Below, one piece after another: positions 39,429 to 48,774 of a stretch of 64,000 bases of DNA. The stretch is from Candidatus Multivorans sp. (lineage in GTDB: Bacteria; Acidobacteriota; Thermoanaerobaculia; Multivoradales; Multivoraceae). The translations under genes were made by a program, and so were the position numbers. The stretch's first letter is position 1. Each line of letters opens with the position of its first letter. The stretch spans positions 455,787 to 519,786 of the forward strand of contig OZ242040.1 in NCBI GenBank assembly GCA_965205095.1, written 5' to 3'. The notes beneath the pieces are model-generated. The model had not been told where the DNA came from, searched no databases, and worked only from the letters and a program-made list of their open reading frames with translations.

Positions 39429-41432
39429 CTACGCCGCCGTCTCCTGCTGGGCGTACTGAAGCTGGTACAGGCGCCAGTAGACGCCGCGGAGCTCCAGGAG
39501 TTCGTCGTGGGTGCCGTGTTCGCAGATGGCGCCGTGGTGAAAGACGTAGATGCGGTCGACGTCCTTGATCGTCGACAGGCGGTGGGCGACGACGATCGAG
39601 GTCTTGCCTTCCACGAGGTGGCGCAGGGCGTCCTGGATCAGGGCCTCGGTTTCGGTGTCGACGCTGGAGGTCGCTTCGTCGAGGAGCAGGAGTTGCGGCT
39701 CGCGGGCCAGGGCGCGGGCGAAGGAGAGCAGTTGCCGCTGGCCGGTCGAGAAGTTCACGCCGCGTTCGCTGACCTTGTGCGCCCAGCCGTTCGGCAGCCG
39801 CTCGATCAGGTCGTCGACGTGGGTGGCGCGCGCCGCCTCGTCCACCACGTTGTCCGCGACGTCGCGGCCGAGGACGATGTTGTAGCGGAGGTCGCCGTCG
39901 AACAGGAAGACGTCCTGGAGCACGAAGGCCAGCCGGCGCCGCAGTTCGGGTTTCGGGATGTCGCGGATGTCCCTGCCGTCGACCCGGATCGATCCCTCCT
40001 GCAGCTCGTAGAGGCGGGCCAGCAGCTTGAGCGTCGTCGTCTTCCCGGAGCCCGTGTGGCCGACGATCGCGACCCGCTCGCCCGCGGCGACCCGGAAGGA
40101 GACATCGCGCAGCACGGTCTCCGCGCCGTAGGCGAAGGTGACGCCGTCGAATTCGACCTCGCAGCCGTCGGGCTCGGCGGCGGTCTTCGTCACGCCCGTT
40201 GTCGCCGCTTCGCGGCGCGCGTCTCCGCGGAAGCCGGCGGGGGCGCCGGCGCACCCGGTGTGCGCGGAGGCCGCGGCGTCGGCGTCCTGCGTGGCGCCGG
40301 CGCACCCAGTGTGCGCGGCGGCCGCGTCGGCGGCGTCCGCAGGCTCCTCGGCCCTGCCCTCCGGTTCCCGCGGCTCGTCCAGCAACTGGAACACGCGCTC
40401 GGCACTCGCCATGGACGACTGCATCACGGAGTACTTCGCCGACAGGTCCATCAGCGGCCGGAAGAACCGGCTCATGTAGTCGGAGAACACGTAGATCGTG
40501 CCCAGCGTGATGCCGCCCAAGCCCATCATCTGCGCTCCGTACCAGAAGATGAGCGCCCGGGTCAGGTTCGTCGCCAGATCGACGGTCGAGAACAGCAGCG
40601 CGTCGTAGCGGATCGAGCGCAGCCAGGAATCCCGGTGAGAGGCGTTCTCGCGACTGAAGTCCTCGAAGTTGCGCCGTTCGCGGGCGAACAACTGGACCAC
40701 CTTCATGCCGGAGATCGTCTCCTGCAGGTGGGCGTTGAGGCGTGCGATCTTGACCCGGACCTCCCGGTAGGCCTCCCGTACCTTGTAGCGGAAGATCGCC
40801 GCCGCGATGCCCAGTACCGGCACCAGGGCCAGCGCCGCCAGCGCAAGCCGCGGGTCGATCGCGAACAGCATGGTGAGGATGACGACCATGACGAACACAT
40901 CGGCCACCATCGCGATGACGCCCGCCGAGAACATCTCGGCCAGGTGCTCCAGGTCGTTCGTGAGCCGCGTCACGAGGCGGCCGACCGGGTAGCGGTCGAA
41001 GAAGCGCATCGGCAGCCGCTGGACGTGATCGAACAGCGTCCTGCGAACGTCCCGGACCGTGCGCTGGCCGAGCGAGATCATCGTGAAGGCCCGCAGCCAG
41101 TCCATGATCAACGTGACGATCGAGATGGCGAACACCAGCCCGAACATCCAGGCCAGGGGCCCGAGTCCCAGCCGCGGCGCGACGAAGGGCGCCATCCAAC
41201 CCACCTCCGTGGTCGCCTCTCCCTCGGTCAGGTAGTTCAGCGCGGCGCCGACGACGAGCGCCGGCATCAGCTCGAGGACGGCCCGCGGCGGAATCAGGGC
41301 GAAGTTGAGCCCGATCCAGCCGCGGTAGGGCCGCATGAACGGCCAGAGCCGCTTGATCAGCTCCGTGTCGTAGACCTTGCCGAGGTCCCGCTCACGACCA
41401 AGCTGGGCAGCCTCGCTCCGCTCCTCGCTCAC
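39429..41432 (-). CDS. ABC exporter half-transporter (TMD-NBD) with an about 70-aa low-complexity insertion in the TMD-NBD linker
   Basis: Six TM helices, then Walker A GHTGSGKTT, the signature LSTGQRQLL, and Walker B LLLLDEATS. The linker aa 355-425 (ADAADAAAAHTGCAGA..ASAHTGCAGAP) is encoded by REP-like DNA. Confidence 0.85.
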   Translation of the reverse strand: MSEERSEAAQLGRERDLGKVYDTELIKRLWPFMRPYRGWIGLNFALIPPRAVLELMPALVVGAALNYLTEGEATTEVGWMAPFVAPRLGLGPLAWMFGLVFAISIVTLIMDWLRAFTMISLGQRTVRDVRRTLFDHVQRLPMRFFDRYPVGRLVTRLTNDLEHLAEMFSAGVIAMVADVFVMVVILTMLFAIDPRLALAALALVPVLGIAAAIFRYKVREAYREVRVKIARLNAHLQETISGMKVVQLFARERRNFEDFSRENASHRDSWLRSIRYDALLFSTVDLATNLTRALIFWYGAQMMGLGGITLGTIYVFSDYMSRFFRPLMDLSAKYSVMQSSMASAERVFQLLDEPREPEGRAEEPADAADAAAAHTGCAGATQDADAAASAHTGCAGAPAGFRGDARREAATTGVTKTAAEPDGCEVEFDGVTFAYGAETVLRDVSFRVAAGERVAIVGHTGSGKTTTLKLLARLYELQEGSIRVDGRDIRDIPKPELRRRLAFVLQDVFLFDGDLRYNIVLGRDVADNVVDEAARATHVDDLIERLPNGWAHKVSERGVNFSTGQRQLLSFARALAREPQLLLLDEATSSVDTETEALIQDALRHLVEGKTSIVVAHRLSTIKDVDRIYVFHHGAICEHGTHDELLELRGVYWRLYQLQYAQQETAA

Positions 41433-43279
41433 GACGGCTCCCCCAGGGGCAAGCGCTGCTGTCCCGCGGCGGCCGGGGCCGGGACGCCAGCCGCCGGCTC
41501 CGGCACCGCCGCGCCGCCGTCGCCAATCTCGAGTTCCGACAACAGCTCCTGGCGATGGTGCAGACGGGCATAGAAGCCGCCCAGTTCGACGAGCTCGCGG
41601 TGGCTACCCCGCTCGCTGATCCGGCCGTTCTCGAGCACGACGATCTGGTCCGCGTGCCGCACGGCCGAGATCCGGTGCGCCACGATGAAGCACGTCCGGC
41701 CGCGGCGCCGGCCCTCGAGGTCGCCCAGGATCGCCTCTTCGGTGCCGTGGTCGACGCTCGAGAGGGAGTCGTCCAGGATGAGGATCGACGGGCGCAGGAT
41801 CATCGCCCGCGCCAGGGCGACGCGCTGGCGCTGGCCGCCCGACAGGGTGACCCCGCGTTCGCCGACCACGGTGTCGAAGCCGTCCTCGAACTCCTCGATC
41901 TCCCGTTCGACCTGGGCCCGGGCCGCCGCCCGCCTCACCTCCTCGAGGTGGACGTCCGGCACGCCGTAGCGGATGTTCTCGGCCACCGAAATGGAGAACA
42001 GGAAGCTGTCCTGCGGCACCATCGCGATGCTCGAACGCAGCAGGTGGACCGGCATCCGGTTGAGGTCCACGCCGTCGATCAGGATCGCGTCGTCGTCGAC
42101 CTCCAGGAGCCGCGGCACCAGGCTGACGAGGGTCGTCTTGCCGGAGCCGACCGGTCCCACGATGCCGACCGTGCTGCCGGCCTCCACGGTCAGGTCGACG
42201 CCCTTGAGCGCCGGCACGTAGCTGCCCGGATAGGTGAACGTGAGGTTGCGGAACTCGACGCGCCCCCTGATCTCCGAAACCGCGGCGACATCCTCGCGAT
42301 CGCGGATCGACGGCACGATGTCGAGGACGGAGCCCAGCCGCTCCAGCGCCGCGAGGCCGCGCTGGGTGATCGACACGACGAAGCCCAACATCATCGTCGG
42401 GAACGTCAGCATGCCGATGAGGCCCCAGAACAGCCACAGGTCCTCGGTGCCGAGCTGACCCGCCTGCACCCGCTGCCCACCCAGCCACAGGACCACGGCA
42501 GCCGACAGCGCCGGCACCAGGCCGACGCTGGCGAACATCGTCGTCTGCATGACCCCGACCTTCATCATCCGCCGGAAGAGCTCCTGGTTCTGCTCCTCGA
42601 AACGGTCCCGCTCCAGGTTGGACAGGTCGTAGGCCTTGACCACCAGCACGCCCGACGCGTTCTCCTGGACGACCGTGGAGACCTTGCCGAGCTGCTCCTG
42701 GCCGGCCAGGTTGGCCTGGAACATGTAGCGGCTGTAGTGGCGCGTGATCAGGACAAAGAGCGGGAAGGGCCCCAGCGCCCAGAGAGTCAGCGTGGCGTCC
42801 ACCGGCAGCAGGACGATCAGTGCGCCCGCGAACAGCACCGGCGTCTGCAGCAGATTCAGCAGACCCATTCCCAGGAACATCCGGATGCTGTTGATGTCGT
42901 TCACGGCCCGCGACATGAGGTCGCCGGTGCGGTGAGCCAGGTAGAAGGACTGCGGCAGGCTCTGGAGATGGACGAAGTAGTCGTTGCGGATGCGGTACTC
43001 GATCTGCCGGCCGATGTTGAACATGACGATGCGCGAGAAGAGCCGCGCCAGAGCCAGGCAGACCGAGGCGACGACCAGCCAGAGGATCGCCCGCCCGACC
43101 ACGTCCGGGGCGTTCTCGAAGGCGGCGACGATGTCCCGGATGGATAGCGGGATGAGCTGAAAGAAGGCCGCGTAGAGGAGCGTGAGTATCCCGCCCAGGA
43201 CGTAGGCGCCGGGGGCGAGGCGCATGTACGCGAAGAGGCGGGCAAGCGGCTTCTGGCTTCCTGCCGACCCACCGTCCAT
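41429..43279 (-). CDS. ABC exporter half-transporter (TMD-NBD), partner of the upstream gene
   Basis: Walker A GPVGSGKTT, signature LSGGQRQRV, Walker B LILDDSLS. An ATGA overlap couples it to the downstream partner. The start is uncertain (43279 or 43408). Confidence 0.8.
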   Translation of the reverse strand: MDGGSAGSQKPLARLFAYMRLAPGAYVLGGILTLLYAAFFQLIPLSIRDIVAAFENAPDVVGRAILWLVVASVCLALARLFSRIVMFNIGRQIEYRIRNDYFVHLQSLPQSFYLAHRTGDLMSRAVNDINSIRMFLGMGLLNLLQTPVLFAGALIVLLPVDATLTLWALGPFPLFVLITRHYSRYMFQANLAGQEQLGKVSTVVQENASGVLVVKAYDLSNLERDRFEEQNQELFRRMMKVGVMQTTMFASVGLVPALSAAVVLWLGGQRVQAGQLGTEDLWLFWGLIGMLTFPTMMLGFVVSITQRGLAALERLGSVLDIVPSIRDREDVAAVSEIRGRVEFRNLTFTYPGSYVPALKGVDLTVEAGSTVGIVGPVGSGKTTLVSLVPRLLEVDDDAILIDGVDLNRMPVHLLRSSIAMVPQDSFLFSISVAENIRYGVPDVHLEEVRRAAARAQVEREIEEFEDGFDTVVGERGVTLSGGQRQRVALARAMILRPSILILDDSLSSVDHGTEEAILGDLEGRRRGRTCFIVAHRISAVRHADQIVVLENGRISERGSHRELVELGGFYARLHHRQELLSELEIGDGGAAVPEPAAGVPAPAAAGQQRLPLGEPS

Positions 43280-43367
43280 GGCGGGGGACCATAACAACGC
43301 ACCTCCCCCGAGCGCCGCGCGGCTGGGGTAGGCTGCCGCAGCTTTCCCCAAGCTCCGTACGCCATTC

Positions 43368-43976
43368 ATGAAGCTCCACTGGTTCGTCTTCCTCACGCTG
43401 ATCGGCATGTGCCTGGCGGTCGGCGCGGCGTTCGTCGCGCCAACGGAGGTCGTCGTACAGGACGGCGCGACCGAGCAGGTCGTGAGCAGCAGCGGCTTTC
43501 AGCACGACCGCTTCTCCACGATGCGGCAGGGCGGCCCGGGTGCTGAACGTCACGCCACGACGCTCTGGATCGGCTGGGCCTTCGTCATCTTCCAGGTGCT
43601 CTTCTTCGGCGGCTGCCTGGCGATGGGCATGGAGCGCCGGGGCGCCGAAGGCCCGTCACTGGGGCCCGCCCGCGGTCCGCTCCTCTACGCCACGTTGATT
43701 CTGGCGGCGATCTTCACCGCGCTCGTCTTCTCGTACCAGCGCTACGCCACCTCGGACACGCACACCCTGTTCCTCGGCTTCCCCAGGCCGACGGCATGGG
43801 TCTTCTACGCGGTCTGGCCCTTCCCGGTGTATCTCATGTTCGTCTACATGCGGATCTTCGACCGCTGGTTCTTCACCGAGGAGGACGAGCGCAAGGTCGC
43901 GGAACTCGCCTCGGCCCAGAGACAGAAGGAACTTGAAGCCGGCGGCAGCGACGCGGCCCGGGCGGAGGGCGGCTGA
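43368..43976 (+). CDS. small polytopic membrane protein translationally coupled to the SSS symporter (possible symporter small subunit)
   Basis: About 4 TM helices. The stop overlaps the symporter start (ATGA). Confidence 0.5.
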   Translation: MKLHWFVFLTLIGMCLAVGAAFVAPTEVVVQDGATEQVVSSSGFQHDRFSTMRQGGPGAERHATTLWIGWAFVIFQVLFFGGCLAMGMERRGAEGPSLGPARGPLLYATLILAAIFTALVFSYQRYATSDTHTLFLGFPRPTAWVFYAVWPFPVYLMFVYMRIFDRWFFTEEDERKVAELASAQRQKELEAGGSDAARAEGG

Positions 43977-45463
43977 TGGAGGAGAGTCGGAACGCGGTCG
44001 TCCTGACCTGCCTGCTCATCTACTTCGCGCTGTGTATCGGCGTCGGCGTCTGGGCGCTCAGGCGCACGAAGTCGTCCCAGGACTTCTTCATGGCCGGCCG
44101 CGAACTCGGCATCATCGTCACCGCGTTCGCCCTCTTCTCGAGCACGCTCTCCGGGTTCGGCTTCGTCGGCGGCCCCGGACTCGTCTACAGCCAGGGCATG
44201 ACGTCCGTGTGGATGATCGTCTGCGGCACGGTGGCAAGCTGCTTCACGTTCTTCCTGGTCGCAAAGCGGCTGCGCATCTTCTCGGAGGTCTACCAGACGG
44301 TCTCGCTGCCCGACACGGTGGCGCTCCGCTACCAGAGCGAGGTCACCCGCTTCCTCACAGCGGTGGCGATCATCCTCGGCGTCGTCGGCTACCTGGCGGC
44401 GCAGATCATGGCGATGGCGGTCGTGCTGCAGGAGATCCTGAACAGCGTCGACGGCATGCCCCATGTGAGCCTGGGCGCCTCGATGGCGATCTCCGTCGCC
44501 GTCCTCGTCTTCTACTGCGTGACCGGCGGCATCATCGCCGGCGTCTACACCGACGTCGTCCAGGGCGCCGTGATGGCGGTGGCCGGTGTGCTGGTCGTGA
44601 TCGCGGCCGTCAACGCGGTCGACGGCGGCCTCGCCGGCGGTGCGATGACCCTGGTGAACGACGATCCGGAGGCGATCGGCCCCTGGGGCACCCTGGGCAT
44701 CATGGGGGCGCTGTCGTACTACTTCCTGTTCGTGGCCGGCGCCTGCGGACAGCCGCACATCGTCACGAAGTTGATGATGAACAAGAAGATCCGCCAGTTC
44801 AAGCAGATCTTCCTCGTCAGCGCGATCGCCGGCGTTCTCGCGGCGCTGCTGTGGATCGCGATCGGTTTCGCGATGCGGGCTCTGGTCGTGGCAGGCGACC
44901 ACCCCGAACTCGGCCAGCCTGACGACGCGGCCTACGCCTTCCTGCAGGCGTACGCGCATCCGATCCTGGCCGGCATCGTCTTCGCCGCCCTCTTCGCGGC
45001 GATCATGTCGACCGCCGACGGTTTCCTGAACATCGGCGCGGCGGCGATCATCCATGACATTCCCAAGGCGATCACCGGCAAGCCGCTCAAGAAGGAGCTG
45101 TTCTGGGCGCGCACGGCGACGCTCGCCCTGGCCGTCGGCGCGGCGCTCTTCGTGAGTCTCTCCAAGGAGGACCTGGTCGCCCTGCTCGGCACCTTCGGCT
45201 GGGGGACGTTCGCGGCGGCGCTCGTGCCCACCGTAGCGATCGGCTTCAATTGGAAACGGGCGACCGCGCTCGCTGCGAACGTCGCGATCATCTCCAGCCT
45301 GGCGGTCAACTTCTTCATCGAGATCAGGGAGATCCAGGTACCCCACGGCATCCACGGCGGCGCCATCTCGCTGCTCCTGTCGCTGACGCTCTTCTTCGGC
45401 ATCTCCCTGCTGTCGAAACCGAAACCGCTGCCAGACGAGATCGACGCAATCATCGACCTGTAG
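43976..45463 (+). CDS. sodium:solute symporter (SSS family)
   Basis: 13-TM architecture and an N-terminal SSF signature (..DFFMAGRELG..FSSTLSGFGFVGGPGLVY..). Confidence 0.8.
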   Translation: MEESRNAVVLTCLLIYFALCIGVGVWALRRTKSSQDFFMAGRELGIIVTAFALFSSTLSGFGFVGGPGLVYSQGMTSVWMIVCGTVASCFTFFLVAKRLRIFSEVYQTVSLPDTVALRYQSEVTRFLTAVAIILGVVGYLAAQIMAMAVVLQEILNSVDGMPHVSLGASMAISVAVLVFYCVTGGIIAGVYTDVVQGAVMAVAGVLVVIAAVNAVDGGLAGGAMTLVNDDPEAIGPWGTLGIMGALSYYFLFVAGACGQPHIVTKLMMNKKIRQFKQIFLVSAIAGVLAALLWIAIGFAMRALVVAGDHPELGQPDDAAYAFLQAYAHPILAGIVFAALFAAIMSTADGFLNIGAAAIIHDIPKAITGKPLKKELFWARTATLALAVGAALFVSLSKEDLVALLGTFGWGTFAAALVPTVAIGFNWKRATALAANVAIISSLAVNFFIEIREIQVPHGIHGGAISLLLSLTLFFGISLLSKPKPLPDEIDAIIDL

Positions 45464-46407
45464 TGACCGTCTCCCCCGACTTCCAGCGTTCGCCGGCAAA
45501 GCCCGACGGGGGCTTCCCCGACGTCGACGCGGTCATCGCGGCGCTCCGCGCCGAGGACTACATCGCGGAGCGCGACCTCGCGACGGCGATCTACCTGTCG
45601 CTGCGCATGGGCAAGCCGATCTTCCTGGAAGGCGAGCCCGGCGTCGGCAAGACGGAGGTCGCCAAGGCCCTCTCACGCTGCCTGGGCTCCGAGCTGATCC
45701 GGCTCCAGTGCTACGAGGGGCTGGACGTCTCGACCGCCGTCTACGAGTGGAACTACCGCCGGCAACTGCTCCACCTGCGCGGGCTCGAGGCGACGGGCGG
45801 CGGCGACGCCCGCACCGCGGTCGACGACGTGTTCTCCGCCGACTTCCTGCTCGAGCGGCCCCTGCTGCGAGCGGTCCGCCAGAGCCGCAGGGGCGAGGCC
45901 CCGCCCGTGCTGCTGATCGACGAACTGGACCGGGCCGACGAGGAGTTCGAGGCCTACCTGCTCGAGATCCTGGCCGACTTCCAGATCACGATCCCGGAGA
46001 TCGGCACCGTCGCCGCCGAGACGCCGCCGGTCGCCGTCGTGACGTCCAACCGCACCCGCGAAGTCCACGACGCGCTGAAGCGCCGCTGCCTCTACCACTG
46101 GATCGACTTCCCGGACTACGAGAAGGAAGTCCAGATCGTCCTCCGCCGCGTCCCCGAGGCGCCCGAGCACTTCGCCGCCGAGATCGTCCGCCTGGTCCAG
46201 GCGCTCCGCGAGGAGGACCTGTTCAAGCAGCCCGGCGTCGCCGAGACCCTCGACTGGACGAACGCCCTGATCGCCCTCGACCAGGAAACGCTCTCCGACG
46301 CCATCCTGCGCGACACGCTGGGCGTGCTACTCAAGTACCAGGACGACCTCGACAAGATCGACGACGAGGCGGTGCGCCGGCTGTTGCGGAAGAGCCAGTC
46401 AGAGTAG
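45464..46407 (+). CDS. MoxR-family AAA+ ATPase (CoxD-like)
   Basis: Walker A LEGEPGVGKT, Walker B LLIDELDRA and the C-terminal MoxR lid domain. Confidence 0.8.
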
Positions 46408-46430
46408 CGGACACGCCAGAGAGCAAGGAC

Positions 46431-47333
46431 TCAAGGAGTGAGCGTCCGGGCTACTCGGATACCGTTGTTGCGGAAACGGTTGCCGGCGCTGTACCTGTAG
46501 CGGTTCGCGGAGCGGAGGAACCTCGGATAGCCGTACCAGGAACTGCCGCGCAAGACGCGGCGGGAACAATCGCCCGACTGCCAGGCGCTCCCGTCCGAGG
46601 GCGCACCCCCGTAGCTACCATTCCAGCAGTCCTGCACCCACTCGAACACGTTCCCGTGCATGTCGTGAAGACCCAGCCCGTTCGCGCCAAACGAACCCAC
46701 TGGAGCCGTCCCTTCCCAATCCCACCGGCTCCCGCAACCACTGCAGTTCGCACGGCCCGAACCGATCTCGTTCCCCCAACTGTAAGCCGTCGACGTACCA
46801 GCGCGAGCCGCATACTCCCACTCCGATTCGCTCAGCAAACGGTACTCCGCTCCCGTCTCGGTAGACAACCAACTCACGTACTCCTGAGCGTCATCCCAGG
46901 ACACGTTCACCACCGGACGATTGCCGCGACCCCAGCCCTCATCGTCTGGACGATGACTGCAACCGCCGGCCGAAACGCAAGCCTCCCACTGCGCGAACGT
47001 CACCTCGTGCTTCGACACCGCGAAAGCCTGCGGGATCGTCACCTCGTGCACCGGCAGCTCGGCGTCCCCGCAGCGCACACCCGACACGCAACCCATGCGA
47101 AAACTGCCCGCCGGAATCACCACCATCTCCGGACCGTTCCCACCCGAACGCAGCGCGTCATGGAACGTCTCGCCCGATGTGTGCCGACCGCTGTCGGGGG
47201 AAGCCGCCGCGGCCCCGGTTTCCGCCACATCGATCTGCGTGTCCGGGGGCAACTGCGCGGCGGCGGGAGTCGACGCACACAACACAGCGAATGCCAGGGC
47301 GGCAGTCGGAAGTCGCAGGGGCCTCTCGGTCAT
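46431..47333 (-). CDS. formylglycine-generating enzyme (FGE/SUMF1 family), secreted
   Basis: Signal peptide; RGGSW-type motifs (RVLRGSSWYG), HDMHGNVFEWV, and conserved Cys pairs. Confidence 0.8.
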   Translation of the reverse strand: MTERPLRLPTAALAFAVLCASTPAAAQLPPDTQIDVAETGAAAASPDSGRHTSGETFHDALRSGGNGPEMVVIPAGSFRMGCVSGVRCGDAELPVHEVTIPQAFAVSKHEVTFAQWEACVSAGGCSHRPDDEGWGRGNRPVVNVSWDDAQEYVSWLSTETGAEYRLLSESEWEYAARAGTSTAYSWGNEIGSGRANCSGCGSRWDWEGTAPVGSFGANGLGLHDMHGNVFEWVQDCWNGSYGGAPSDGSAWQSGDCSRRVLRGSSWYGYPRFLRSANRYRYSAGNRFRNNGIRVARTLTP

Positions 47334-47409
47334 CTCGCTCTCCTTGGGATGGCGGGTGGCGCGACTCTACTAGCCACCCCCTCGGCGCTTGGACTGACCC
47401 TCGGCGACG

Positions 47410-48594
47410 ATGACTGAGGCGGCCGCGGCTGTGACGCGCGGCCACCTGCTGCGCAACATCGTCCTCTTCGGCCGGCTGCTGCGGGTCGGCAGCCTGGACG
47501 TCACGCCGACCCAGCTCCGCGACTGGGTGGCTGCCCTGGAGCTGGTCGACCTCGCCCGCAAGCGGGACGTGAAGGCGGCGGCCCAGGCCGTCCTCGTCAG
47601 CCGGCGCCGCGACCTGCCCTGGTTCAACAAGGCGTTCGAGCTGTTCTGGCAGGCCCGCGACCCGCGGGAGCTCGAACAACTCGAACTCGGACTGATGATC
47701 CAGCGCCGGACGGAGCGGACAAAGCGAGCGGCGATCCAGAAGCTGGCGCTGAACGACAGCGACGCGGGCGATGAACGCGAGGGCGACCAGGACCGCACGG
47801 CCCGCGCTCAGCTCTACAGCGCACGCGAAGCGTTGCGCCAGAAGGACTTCGCCGAACTCGAAGGCGACGAACTGGACGACATCAAGCGCCTGATGGCCAC
47901 GATGCGTTGGGAGCTCGAGACCCGCCGTACCCGGCGGCTCCGGCCGGATCGCCACGGCCACCGCCTCGACCTGCGCCGGACGCTGCGCCGCAGCCTGACC
48001 CAGGGCGGTGAGATGGTCGACCTGGTCCACCGGGGCCGCAAGCACCGGCGCCGTCCGCTGGTCCTGCTCTGCGACATCTCGGGCTCGATGGAGCCCTACT
48101 CGCGGCTGCTGCTCCACTTCATTTACGCCGTCTCACACCCACGGTCCGCCGACCCGGGCGTGTCGCGAGTCGAGGCGTTCGCGTTCGGCACCCGGCTGAC
48201 TCGTCTGACCCAGGAGCTGGCCGAACGCGACGTCGACCGGGCGCTACAGGCAGCCGCCCATCGCATCGAGGACTGGGGCGGCGGCACCCGCACCGGCGAC
48301 GCCCTGCGCGAGTTCAACTTCACCTGGAGCCGGCGCCTGCTCGGCCAGGGCGCCGCCGTCCTCATCATCAGCGACGGCTGGGACCGCGGCGACATCGGCC
48401 TGCTCGGCCACGAGATGGAGCGCCTCCACCGGAGTTGTCATCGCCTGATCTGGCTCAACCCGCTGCTGGGTTCGCCGGACTACCAGCCGCTGACCCGCGG
48501 CATCGTGGCCGCGCTCCCGCACGTCGACGACTTCCTGCCGGTCCACAACCTGGCGAGCCTGGAGCAGTTGGGGGATCTGCTGGCTGCGATGTAG
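47410..48594 (+). CDS. vWA domain protein of the CoxE / MoxR-partner type
   Basis: MIDAS motif LLCDISGSM and ..IISDGWDRGD..; the family is typically paired with a MoxR ATPase. Confidence 0.75.
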   Translation: MTEAAAAVTRGHLLRNIVLFGRLLRVGSLDVTPTQLRDWVAALELVDLARKRDVKAAAQAVLVSRRRDLPWFNKAFELFWQARDPRELEQLELGLMIQRRTERTKRAAIQKLALNDSDAGDEREGDQDRTARAQLYSAREALRQKDFAELEGDELDDIKRLMATMRWELETRRTRRLRPDRHGHRLDLRRTLRRSLTQGGEMVDLVHRGRKHRRRPLVLLCDISGSMEPYSRLLLHFIYAVSHPRSADPGVSRVEAFAFGTRLTRLTQELAERDVDRALQAAAHRIEDWGGGTRTGDALREFNFTWSRRLLGQGAAVLIISDGWDRGDIGLLGHEMERLHRSCHRLIWLNPLLGSPDYQPLTRGIVAALPHVDDFLPVHNLASLEQLGDLLAAM

Positions 48595-48599
48595 CGCGG

Positions 48600-48770
48600 C
48601 CCTCGGTGTCGCAGGTCCGCTGGGTGCGCGGGTCTTCTGACCCGCCCTCGGGCGGAGCCGCAGGGCGGCTCAGCCCGGACAATAGAGCCGCCGGCCGGAG
48701 GCCGGCGACGATGCTGGACGCCGCCTTCGGCGGCAGCGGGTCAGAAGACCCGCGCACCCAGCGGGTCCAG
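48600..48770. repeat. REP/BIME-like composite: inverted pair of the GGGTCAGAAGACCCGCGCACCCAG module around a GCCGGCCGGAGGCCGGCG core
   Basis: 48623-48650 (reverse orientation) and 48738-48766. The 45-bp stretch at 48714-48760 is nearly identical to 49800-49848. Confidence 0.65.
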
Positions 48771-48774
48771 CGGA

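Noticed and set aside
39507-43553. ORFs 39507..41573 +, 41555..43147 +, 41604..43553 - across the ABC exporter pair
   Set aside because: They are antisense or alternative-frame. The ABC motifs (Walker A/B, LSGGQ) occur only in the called frames.
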